Positions 1-8,527 are shown, numbered from the stretch's first letter. The stretch: 64,000 nucleotides of DNA from Candidatus Micrarchaeota archaeon (GCA_027345565.1 DAHWIF010000008.1:1-64000); one strand, 5' to 3'. Program-made: numbers and translations. Notes: generated by a model not told the origin, from the letters alone.

Positions 1-410
1 CCGGACACCGTCGGCGTGGGCTGCCTTGCGGTATGGAGCACGCTCTGCTCTGTCTGGTTTGCCCCAGACGAGTTCAGCATTACATAGATTACAGAGGTTA
101 TCAGCACAGGATATATCCCATTGCGCGGCGGCGTTGCGTTGAATTCAGAAACAGACACATACATGTATCCGGATTTGCTTACGCTGGGTGAAGAGGCGAA
201 GTTCGTTATGTTATTCACTTCCAGGGTGTTGTACGCTACGCCGCTTATGACAGAGGCTATGTCTGTTGCGTTTACGTTTTGTATATTCAGGTGCAGCACG
301 GATTTGGCGCTAGCGTTCGCGTAGAGAATCACGATGATAAGAGCCGCAACGATGGCAACTGCTACCAATGCGGTATACCTGTATGCGGCTTTTTTGTTTT
401 TCTTCGTTGA
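1..410 (-). CDS. membrane-anchored secreted protein (partial, runs off window start)
   Basis: Open frame STKKNKKAAYRYTALVAVAIVAALIIVILY... with basic N-terminus and a TM helix, open to position 1; start codon unclear. Confidence 0.5.
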
Positions 411-431
411 ATCGCCCTAGCACAGCTAGTA

Positions 432-1151
432 TCAACTGTTAGCGCTAGATATGAGAGAATTTATGTGCGCTGCTATGCCCATCAGATAGGATTGGTTCAG
501 ATGCGGCGTGCCTAGTGTGTTGAGCACCACGTAATAGTTATTGTTCACAAAGAGCAGCGTGTGCATGTTGAGACCATACACTTTGTATGAGAACACGGAG
601 GACATGTTGCCAACAGAGGCGCTAGCCTCTGCAGCGCTCGGGAAGGTGCTCTCTATTGCCTTAATCCCGGCTGTGTAGTTAGAGATTGCTGCTGCGTGGC
701 TAGGGGCAGCCTGGACGTAGAGGCCTACCGCAACCGGGGATGTTATGTTAGAATATTGCTGTGGAATCTGGATGGTTGTGTTCGGGGGCACTACCGCACT
801 GCCCTGCAGGATGGGCTGCATGAAGCTAAAGCCGTATTGCGCGGTGTATGAGGGAGAATAACCAGCAAGTGATGCGTTGTAGTATTCATATTGTGCTGGT
901 GCGGCTGGAACACCGAACAGCACATTTGATCTTTGCATGAGCGTGGGCGGTATATATGGAGATGTTGTCTTGGTTGGAGACCTTGTGACAGCTACAAGCA
1001 CCACCGCAATCAGTATTATCACTAGGATCACGCTGACTGCCTCTATCTTGGACCTCCTTTTGGAGCCTGACCCGAGATACGGGGCGGTTAGCGGAGCCGC
1101 AGGCGCGGCCTGGCTGTTGCCGCTTTGCGCTCCCGTATCGGTTGCATCCAT
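432..1151 (-). CDS. single-TM surface protein, hypothetical
   Basis: Basic patch, hydrophobic helix VSVILVIILIAVVLVAV and N-x-S/T sequons; 4 nt downstream of the Hint-pilin gene. Confidence 0.75.
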   Translation of the reverse strand: MDATDTGAQSGNSQAAPAAPLTAPYLGSGSKRRSKIEAVSVILVIILIAVVLVAVTRSPTKTTSPYIPPTLMQRSNVLFGVPAAPAQYEYYNASLAGYSPSYTAQYGFSFMQPILQGSAVVPPNTTIQIPQQYSNITSPVAVGLYVQAAPSHAAAISNYTAGIKAIESTFPSAAEASASVGNMSSVFSYKVYGLNMHTLLFVNNNYYVVLNTLGTPHLNQSYLMGIAAHINSLISSANS

Positions 1152-1155
1152 TCAA

Positions 1156-3177
1156 TCACGTTATAAGATAGCCATTCACTATCAGGTCTGCCGTCGGCGT
1201 GGTAATAGTGTCATATAGGGTGAATGTCCCGTTGAGCGTCTGTATGCTCGTAACAGGCACAGACGCGTTCTGGACTGGTTCGAAGAGCGTATCCCCGACT
1301 TTCAGCGTGGATGCGAAGGCAAGCTTGCCGTTTATGTACAATCCCTCGCCGCCGTCAACAATCAGCGCGCCGTTGTTTATTATTATCAGCTGGTGCGTCG
1401 TCCTCGGGTATATCTGCTCTAGCACTGTTGGAACAAGCTTGTTGGTATTCGTATCGTAGCCCAGTAGCACGGTTCCGGGTGCGAGCTGGCTTACCAATTC
1501 AGAGTTTCCGTTCGCCAGAGTAGCGACGCCGGATCCGGACACTGATGTTGTTGATGTAAACGCATCTATCAGGTATCCATTAGCTATGTAGTTGTTGTAA
1601 GGCGCGGCCAGGAAGTCATATACCGTCTGGGTCCCGACATTGTAATTAGAGGATATTGACGTTATCGTTATGCTCTTGCCCGTCAGCGGGTCGAATAGGC
1701 TGTCGCCTACCTTTGCATTTGATGCCAGGGTCCAATTCCCGTTTATAAGCATCGCCTCCCCGGCATCGACGGGGAGCATGTCGTTGAAGATGTACATATT
1801 GTCTGTCTTGCGCTGGATAACAGCGCTGACCACGCTGGGCGCAAGCGTATTTGCAGCGGGGTTGTAAGACATTATGACCATTCCGGCCCTAACCTGCGAA
1901 GCGGGTATCTCAGAGCCGTTTGCAAGCTCTATTAGCGCGCTGCCGTAGACTGAGCCACCACCACTGACCGTAGTGGAGATGGTTGGGGCTGTGGAGATGG
2001 TTGGGGCTGTGGAGATGGTTGGGGCTACGCTTGTGGTTGCTGAAGTGTACACTATTTCAGTGATTGCTATAGTGATTGTTACGGATGTTGTTGTTCGTAA
2101 TGATGCTAATACGGTGACTGTTGAGACAGTTGAGATTGTGGAGATGGTTGGGGCTGTGGAGACGGTTGTTGGGAGTGCTGTGACGGTTGGGGCTGTTGAG
2201 ATGGTTGTTGGGAGTGCTGTGACGGTTGGGGCTGTTGAGATGGTTGTGAATGGTGCTGAAGTGGTGGAGAGGGATGTGGATGCAGACAGGTATGTTGTGG
2301 TCGAGAGCGATGTGGATGATACCGATGTCGATGATACGTATGTTGTAGTGGATGAGACAGCCGCGGTGAACAGCGCTGTAAGCGTGGCGTTGCTTATCAC
2401 GGTTATCGTTGTGTTCTGCGATGTGTAAGGTGCGACTGTCAAGCCGTTCGTGCCCTGCCACGCTGAGAATACATAGCCTGATGGCGCTGCGGCATAAGCG
2501 GTATACTTGCCGCCCAATACGTGTATCGATGTCCCTGAGAGGTATCTCTGGCCGTTTATCGCTATTACGGTATTAACAGGGGTTGAAGCCAACGTAAGGT
2601 TGTACAGGACCTGGGACGTGAAGGAAAGGCTCTGGGTGGAGTAGCCGGCTGACGCGTAGGACGGGCTGGTGCATGCGATCGCGTTGCTTGTGCTGCACAC
2701 CTGATACTTTATGACAAATGGCAGGTTTACAAGTGATCCTACGGACGGCACCACATTGCCTGGTATGCTCGCCTGGCAGAGCATCTGCGACCCTTGCGGA
2801 ATCAGCGAGGGGCTGCATCCCCCGGTATAGTTGTTCGTGCCAGTAGAGCCCAGGTTGGTCGCCGTCACCACAAAGCCGTTTGCAGGTACGTAGATGTATG
2901 GTGCGAGGTTGTTGACCATCAGCACCCTGAACTCCGTGGGGATGCTCTTGTTCGGTGCGGGCGCCGTAAGAAGCGTCTGCTGGCACGGTATCAATGGCTG
3001 GACGTTGCACTGCGATGGAAGCACAGATGACGGCGCAGGCCTTGCTACAAACACCGCTATGATTACTATTATAACCGACAGTATCAGGATTGCCCATGCG
3101 TATGTGATAAGGTACTCTAGCGCTGACTGCTCCTTTTTTCCCTTCCTGCCCCTGCCACCTGCGCGTCGTTTGGGCAT
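1156..3177 (-). CDS. class III signal peptide (pilin-like) surface protein with InlB-B/Flg_new-like domain, S/T-rich stalk and two C-terminal Hint domains
   Basis: KKEQSALEYLITYAWAILIL N-terminus; GYVFSAW...ATLTALF Ig-like repeat; Hint motifs LANG, LKVGD, VYDF/LYDT, ANGYLI in two copies. Confidence 0.8.
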   Translation of the reverse strand: MPKRRAGGRGRKGKKEQSALEYLITYAWAILILSVIIVIIAVFVARPAPSSVLPSQCNVQPLIPCQQTLLTAPAPNKSIPTEFRVLMVNNLAPYIYVPANGFVVTATNLGSTGTNNYTGGCSPSLIPQGSQMLCQASIPGNVVPSVGSLVNLPFVIKYQVCSTSNAIACTSPSYASAGYSTQSLSFTSQVLYNLTLASTPVNTVIAINGQRYLSGTSIHVLGGKYTAYAAAPSGYVFSAWQGTNGLTVAPYTSQNTTITVISNATLTALFTAAVSSTTTYVSSTSVSSTSLSTTTYLSASTSLSTTSAPFTTISTAPTVTALPTTISTAPTVTALPTTVSTAPTISTISTVSTVTVLASLRTTTSVTITIAITEIVYTSATTSVAPTISTAPTISTAPTISTTVSGGGSVYGSALIELANGSEIPASQVRAGMVIMSYNPAANTLAPSVVSAVIQRKTDNMYIFNDMLPVDAGEAMLINGNWTLASNAKVGDSLFDPLTGKSITITSISSNYNVGTQTVYDFLAAPYNNYIANGYLIDAFTSTTSVSGSGVATLANGNSELVSQLAPGTVLLGYDTNTNKLVPTVLEQIYPRTTHQLIIINNGALIVDGGEGLYINGKLAFASTLKVGDTLFEPVQNASVPVTSIQTLNGTFTLYDTITTPTADLIVNGYLIT
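1970..2250. repeat. intragenic tandem repeats: 18-nt unit (TISTAP) x3 and 39-nt unit (TTISTAPTVTALP) x2
   Basis: gtggagatggttggggct repeated directly in the sequence. Confidence 0.85.
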
Positions 3178-3336
3178 CCCATCAGCTATATGGAAGATAG
3201 TGGATGTATTGTTATTTAAGCATTTGCATATGGCGGCGTATTCTCTGAATCGATAAAACTACAGAAAAACAATTAAACAACAAGGCCGGTCGGATTTACT
3301 CGACATTCTGCGCATTTACCAGATCTCAGCCTTTTG

Positions 3337-3936
3337 TTATCCGATTTGGACGCCGAATTTCCCCAATCTCCTTAGAACCTTCCTTTTTATATATGGGCTG
3401 CACCTTTTCAGGTATGCCATTAAAACATCCTTTCTCGCCCTTGCTGCTGCTTCCTCGTAGACATAATCCTCTACCCTGTAATTGAAGTAGACCAAGTCTA
3501 TGAGCGTCTTCTCTATGTCTGATACGGGGTAATAGAAATTCTGCCCTTTGGCATAGGAATAGCCGAAAAACATGCGCTTTGATATCTTGCTGACTGTGAA
3601 ATTTAGCCCGAAGGCCTTTCTTATGCCCCTCCTTACGTTCTTGGTAGTGACCACCTGGGGGTTAGCCTGCTGCGTCCATAGCCTGTGCTTTGTTAATGCA
3701 AATCCGAGCCCATAATAAAAAGGCGCGAACGGGAACCCCACCGTTTCCGTATCGTCGTATAGAGTGTAAGCGCCCTTCGTTATCTTGTAGGCTTTTCCGC
3801 TTTTGACCATCAGTCCCATAAATACCTTCGCGTATGTGCCTCTAGATCCCTCATACCTGAGAAATCTCGCCACATCATTTAAGGTAAAGGAGGGTGTTTT
3901 CCTGAACTCACTTAAAAAGTGGTTGACGTACTTCAT
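3337..3936 (-). CDS. type IV TA AbiEi-like antitoxin / transcriptional regulator
   Basis: N-terminal wHTH, KITKGAYTL, YYGLGFAL, VSDIEKTLID motifs; ATGA overlap with the toxin stop. Confidence 0.8.
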   Translation of the reverse strand: MKYVNHFLSEFRKTPSFTLNDVARFLRYEGSRGTYAKVFMGLMVKSGKAYKITKGAYTLYDDTETVGFPFAPFYYGLGFALTKHRLWTQQANPQVVTTKNVRRGIRKAFGLNFTVSKISKRMFFGYSYAKGQNFYYPVSDIEKTLIDLVYFNYRVEDYVYEEAAARARKDVLMAYLKRCSPYIKRKVLRRLGKFGVQIG

Positions 3937-4574
3937 ACGGAGCACCATCTTTTGAGGTAATCGACGATCTCTGCAAAGGATGGAACAGGACCGCTGTAGA
4001 CAAGCCGCTTCAGCACATTCTCGTCTTTGGGTTGAGGCATCTTTGAGAGGAACCTGAGGAGTGGTGGCGCTACCTTCCCCTTCTCCACCACAGATTTTGA
4101 CAGCACCATTATATCGTAGATGTCCCTGATCAGCCTCCTATCCAAATAAGCTTCCATCTTCTCCCCTATCAGCGCCTCTGGCCTTAACGCGTATATCTCT
4201 GTCCTTACCCCATCTACTCTCTCGTATTGGGCTAGCACACCCTTTTTCCTTGACAGTATCTTTACCTGCAGGGATATGTCCACCTGATCGTTTGATATAT
4301 CATAGTATATCGTGCCCCTCCGCTCTCTGTTGAATTGTATTCTTAGCCCGGATTGCACGATTCTGTTTACCAGTTGCTGGAGCCTTTGCTTCTTGTGGAC
4401 ATAGAGGTCTATGTCCTCGGAAAACCTTTTCCCGTTGTAGCACCTCCAGATGGCTGTTCCCCCATGGACCACCGAGCCTGCGGATTTGAATATTATCTTG
4501 ATTACATCGTCTTGCAGCCTGGCAACTCTCAGCTGCGATTCGCTATGTAGCTGGCTCTCTATGGGTTCTTCCAT
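3933..4574 (-). CDS. AbiEii/AbiGii-family nucleotidyltransferase toxin
   Basis: HGGTAI...RFSEDIDL, EK..A..DR..IRDIYD motifs; start taken at MEEPIES. Confidence 0.85.
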   Translation of the reverse strand: MEEPIESQLHSESQLRVARLQDDVIKIIFKSAGSVVHGGTAIWRCYNGKRFSEDIDLYVHKKQRLQQLVNRIVQSGLRIQFNRERRGTIYYDISNDQVDISLQVKILSRKKGVLAQYERVDGVRTEIYALRPEALIGEKMEAYLDRRLIRDIYDIMVLSKSVVEKGKVAPPLLRFLSKMPQPKDENVLKRLVYSGPVPSFAEIVDYLKRWCSV

Positions 4575-4825
4575 GGATATACCTAAGTAATATAATATTA
4601 TTACTTTGGTAAATCTTATAAATGTTGCTGTTGATGAGTGCAGGTAACAAAATTTTGTTACTTTGGCTAATCCGCTATTTGCTGGCAGCCCTGCGATATG
4701 GAGCCAGACGGAGCCGAAACAGAACAAGATATAAATATGTTCCTGGGAGAATATTACCTGCTTTGTTTTATGCACAGCCGGGCTATTGCCAGGCATTTCG
4801 TGAAAATTCCTGCTTGGAATTGGAT

Positions 4826-4858
4826 GCAGTCTTGAGGAATGGATAGAGGAACCAACGC
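4826..4858 (+). other. 5' strand of pre-16S processing stem with BHB (pairs with 7295-7326)
   Basis: GCAGTCTTGAGG-A-ATGG-ATA-GAGG pairs with CCTC-CCAT-AAT-A-CCTCAAGACTGC: 4-bp helix flanked by two 3-nt bulges. Confidence 0.8.
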
Positions 4859-5757
4859 ACAATTGGCTTTAAAAGCGGCCATTCCAGCCATCGACTCCAG
4901 TCGATGCTGCTGGAGGGCACTGCTATCAGATTTCGACAGCCATGCAAGTCGTCCCTTGCACCTGCAGGGGAGGCGTACGGCTCAGTAACACGTAATCAAC
5001 CTACCGCGGAGAGGCGGACAAAGTCGGGAAACTGACTGTAATACGCCGTAGGCTACGGCACCTGGAAGGAGCTGTAGCCGATAAGGTTGCGAATTGGAGC
5101 ATTACCGCTCCGCGATGGGATTGCGGCGGATCAGGCAGATGGCGGGGTAACGGCCCACCATACCGATAACCCGTAGGGGATGTGAGAGCATGAGCCCCGA
5201 GAAGGGCACTGAGACAAGGGCCCTAGCACTACGGTGTGCAGCAGGCGCGAAAACTCCACAATGCGCGGAAGCGTGATGGGGGGAATCTGAGTGGTCCACT
5301 TCGGTGGACCTTTTGCCAAGTATAGCAAGCTTGGCGAATAAGTGCTGGGCAAGACGGGTGGCAGCCGCCACGGTAATACCCGCAGCACAAGTGGTGTCCA
5401 CGATTATTGGGCTTAAAGCGCTCGTAGCTGGCCTGTGCCGTCTCATGTGAAATATTGGCGCTCAACGTCAATGCGGGCATGAGATACCCATAGGCTAGGG
5501 AGCGGGTGAGGTCAGGGGTACTCACGGGGGAGGGGTAAAATCCTGTAATCCTGTGAGGACCAACGGTGGCGAAGGCGCCTGACCAGAACGCATCCGACAG
5601 TGAGGAGCGAAGGCTAGGAGAACGAATCGGATCAGATACCCGAGTAGCCCTAGCAGTAAATTATGCAGACTCTGGTGTTGCAGGTGTCTTGAACGCCTGC
5701 AGTACCGTAGCGAAAGTGTTAAGTCTGCCGCCTGGGGAGTACGGCCGCAAGGTTGAA

Positions 5758-5784
5758 TTCGTGTGCCGTTCTACACGACAACAG
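5758..5784 (+). other. 27-nt ORF-less BHB intron in 16S after E. coli position 908
   Basis: Insert between GGTTGAA and ACTTAAAG; GTTG/CAAC helix, bulges AA^T and AG^A, inner hairpin TCGTGT/ACACGA. Confidence 0.9.
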
Positions 5785-6074
5785 ACTTAAAGCAATTGGC
5801 GGGGGAGCACACAAGGGGTGGATGCTGCGGTTTAATTGAATTCAACGTCGGAAATATTACCGGGAGCGACGGCAGTGTGAAGGCCAGACTAAAGATCTTG
5901 CCTGACGAGCCGAGAGGTAGTGCATGGCGACCGTCAGCTCGTGGTGTGAACTGTCCGGTTAAGTCCGGGAACGAGCGAGACCGCCATTGACAGTTGCCAC
6001 CGTCCCAGTGATGAGACGAGCACTCTGTCGAGACCGCCTCTGTTTAAAGAGGAGGAAGGAGGCGGCGACGATAC

Positions 6075-6919
6075 ACGGTGCTGAGAGACCATCAGACGTA
6101 ATCCACCAGGTCAGTAAGGTATTTATTAACTAGGTTAGTATAATACACACTATGCCAACAACAGAACTGACAGATAACGAGATAGCTAGATTGTTCAATG
6201 AAGTTGAAAAGAGGACAGCCAACTTCACAAACGTGCAACCGGAAATGCTAGTGGATAATCCAAAGTATGTACTGGTATTTAGGCTTGCGGCGAACATGTC
6301 TCAAAACCAGTTCGAGAGGTTCTTAGGCAGCAATTCAAAAAATACCAGCAAGTACGAATTAGGCAAAATAAAGAATATGCAAATTTCGACTGCTGAGCGG
6401 CTTGTACAGAAGATAAAGCCGTATTTGAAGCCTGCAAACAAAGAGCAGGTGATAAAGAGGTATGGATTGTCTAGAGCGGAATCAAACGGATGGTTTAAGG
6501 CTAACAGATACAGTAGCACTGCGCTTTTAGCACAGAGGAAAGGTGCAGCAGCGAGCCTGAGACTAAGAAGAACAAATCAAGAATCCGAAATAGAGAGGTA
6601 TCTCTCTAGAAAGAAGCAGGAATTCTTCATAAACTATCCGCTGAAGGAGAACATAATAGTGGATGTGTATATACCAAAGAAGAAATTGGCCATCGAATGC
6701 AAAGAGATAACATCAAGCTCTAGGAAGGAGCTGAAAGAGCAGATAAAGTTTCTCGCATTGCAGGGTTTTAAGATCAGGTACAATTTCAAAGATCTTACGC
6801 TTTGGGCATTAGTTAAAACTAACCAAAGGATAAAGGAAAATGACATTCAAGAGCTTCAAGCTTTTGACAAAATACTTTACGACCTGGATGAATTACGTCG
6901 GTCTTTCTCATCGATCGAA
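6075..6919 (+). mobile_element. 845-nt ORF-containing BHB intron in 16S at about E. coli 1197/1198
   Basis: CGAT/ATCG helix, bulges AC^A and AA^G, long inner stem 6076-6112 with 6881-6913; ligation restores helix 34. Confidence 0.9.
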
Positions 6920-6934
6920 GTCAGTATGCTCTGA
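6152..6934 (+). CDS. intron-encoded XRE-like HTH + PD-(D/E)xK (Vsr/DUF559-like) putative homing endonuclease
   Basis: FRLAANMSQNQFERFLG..KNTSKYELG HTH; RTNQESEI...IVDVYIPKKKLAIECK nuclease motif; AT-rich relative to neighbours. Confidence 0.75.
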   Translation: MPTTELTDNEIARLFNEVEKRTANFTNVQPEMLVDNPKYVLVFRLAANMSQNQFERFLGSNSKNTSKYELGKIKNMQISTAERLVQKIKPYLKPANKEQVIKRYGLSRAESNGWFKANRYSSTALLAQRKGAAASLRLRRTNQESEIERYLSRKKQEFFINYPLKENIIVDVYIPKKKLAIECKEITSSSRKELKEQIKFLALQGFKIRYNFKDLTLWALVKTNQRIKENDIQELQAFDKILYDLDELRRSFSSIEVSML

Positions 6935-7294
6935 ATCTTCCGGGCTACACGCGGCATACAATGGTCGGCACAATGGGATGCAACTCCGAAAGGAGGAGCC
7001 AATCCCCTAAAACCGACCTAAGTTTGGATTGAGGGCTGAAACTCGCCCTCATGAAAATGGAATCCCTAGTAATCGCATGTCACTATCGTGCGGTGAATCT
7101 GTCCCAGCTCCTTGCACACACCGCCTGCCACGTCACCCAAGTGAGGTCCTAGTGAGGCAGTATCTTCGGATACTTTCGAGTTAGGGCTTTGTGAGGAGGG
7201 CGAAGGCATAACAAGGTATCCGTAGGGGAACCTGCGGATAGATCACCTCGTAAAACTTTCTCTGAAAGTTTTATCAAAAGATGTGCAAAAGGAA

Positions 7295-7326
7295 GCGTTG
7301 GCCCTCCCATAATACCTCAAGACTGC
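7295..7326 (+). other. 3' strand of pre-16S processing stem
   Basis: Complementary to 4826-4858. Confidence 0.8.
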
Positions 7327-7388
7327 TTTTTTCATGGCATAGCGGAAGCCATGAATACGCTTATTAATTCTGAGCGAACAACAATACC

Positions 7389-7892
7389 GTGGCAGCTAAG
7401 CTGAAGCTATCGCCTGATATAAGCTACATGCTCGGCATATACAGCGCAAGCGATAGGAAGCTGCCTATGCGCCTTCATACTGCAAACAGCGAGATGCTTG
7501 AGCGCTTCATAAGGATAGCGGTTACGGACTTGGGCGTTGGGGCGAACAAGATAATGCTTGATGACGAAGGGGCATCGTTCTACAACTCGAGGCTGAAGAG
7601 GCTCTTCGACAGGGCTCTGGAGAGGAGGACGAAGACCTTCAAGTACCTGAACGATTATTCCGGAAGCTACCTTGCCGGCTTGTTCGACTGCATCGGCGGC
7701 TTCGACAGGAAGGGCATGTTCATAAGGAACCTGGAGGCGCACGACGCGCTCCTCATGGAGAACCTTGGCGTACACCTGAAGCACCAGGGCTCGAAGGCAT
7801 ACATAATGAATGAGAACGCCTTTGCGGGATTGATAAGCAAGCACAGCTCCACGCTTGGAAAAGTGAAGAGGCATGCCGGGAGAAAGCCATGA
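7389..7892 (+). CDS. degenerate double-motif LAGLIDADG-like protein
   Basis: SPDISYMLGIY and GSYLAGLFDCIGG motifs. Confidence 0.65.
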   Translation: MAAKLKLSPDISYMLGIYSASDRKLPMRLHTANSEMLERFIRIAVTDLGVGANKIMLDDEGASFYNSRLKRLFDRALERRTKTFKYLNDYSGSYLAGLFDCIGGFDRKGMFIRNLEAHDALLMENLGVHLKHQGSKAYIMNENAFAGLISKHSSTLGKVKRHAGRKP

Positions 7893-8523
7893 ATATATAA
7901 CGCCTGAGGAGATGCGGCTTGCGGAGAGGGACTCTTGGAAGAGGGGCATGACCGTTGAGCTGCTTATGGAGAACGCTGGGCGCGGGATAGCAAACGTGAT
8001 AGGAATAGATTTCGGGCCGCTGACAGGAGTTAAAATAGTGGTTGTGTGCGGCAGCGGCGACAACGGCGGCGACGGATTCGTAACAGCGAGGTACCTTGCC
8101 CAGGCAGGCGCGCGCGTCACCGTGATACTGCTCGTGAAGCCTGCGGAGATAAAGACGAACGAGGCCAAGGACAACTGGATCAGGCTCTCGAATGCGGAGC
8201 GGCTGATACTAGATAGCGCGGAGGAGCTCAAGAAGCACGGCAGCATCATGAATGACGCGGCTGTCGTAGTGGATGCCATATTCGGGACAGGCATCAGTGG
8301 AGCGATAAGGGAGCCAGCCGCAACTGCAATACGAATGATCAACGGGTCTCATGCGAAAAAGGTGTCTATCGACATACCGAGCGGTCTCGACCCAGGGACA
8401 GGTGAGGCGAAGGACCCAACGGTGATGGCGGACATGACCGCCACGCTGCACATGAAAAAGATAGGTCTTAAGGGCAACGGCAGGTACTCCGGCAGAATAG
8501 TAGTGATCCCGATAGGCATATAG
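7873..8523 (+). CDS. nnrE: NAD(P)HX epimerase (YjeF N-terminal domain)
   Basis: LMENAG, CGSGDNGGDG, VDAIFGTG, SIDIPSG. Confidence 0.92.
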   Translation: MPGESHEYITPEEMRLAERDSWKRGMTVELLMENAGRGIANVIGIDFGPLTGVKIVVVCGSGDNGGDGFVTARYLAQAGARVTVILLVKPAEIKTNEAKDNWIRLSNAERLILDSAEELKKHGSIMNDAAVVVDAIFGTGISGAIREPAATAIRMINGSHAKKVSIDIPSGLDPGTGEAKDPTVMADMTATLHMKKIGLKGNGRYSGRIVVIPIGI

Positions 8524-8527
8524 AGGA

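Larger units (their letters stand above)
4894..7249 (+). rRNA. rrs: 16S rRNA, archaeal, interrupted by two introns (mature about 1484 nt)
   Basis: Conserved blocks CAGCCGCC.CGGTAATAC, AATTGGCGGGGGAGCAC, TTGCACACACCGCC, AACAAGGTA.CCGTAGGGGAACCTGCGG, GATCACCTC. Confidence 0.98.

Noticed and set aside
1970-2250. Repeats as a CRISPR array
   Set aside because: In-frame coding repeats without unique spacers; no cas genes in the window
4575-4862. Extension of the AbiEii ORF to 309 aa
   Set aside because: Runs through the rRNA promoter/leader; domain begins at MEEP
5102-5990. ORFs overlapping the 16S gene
   Set aside because: Shadow ORFs within rRNA
6106-6120. CAGGTCAGTA resembling the archaeal exon, suggesting two nested introns
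   Set aside because: It pairs with GACCTGG in the single intron stem, and a single-intron junction restores helix 34 with covariation
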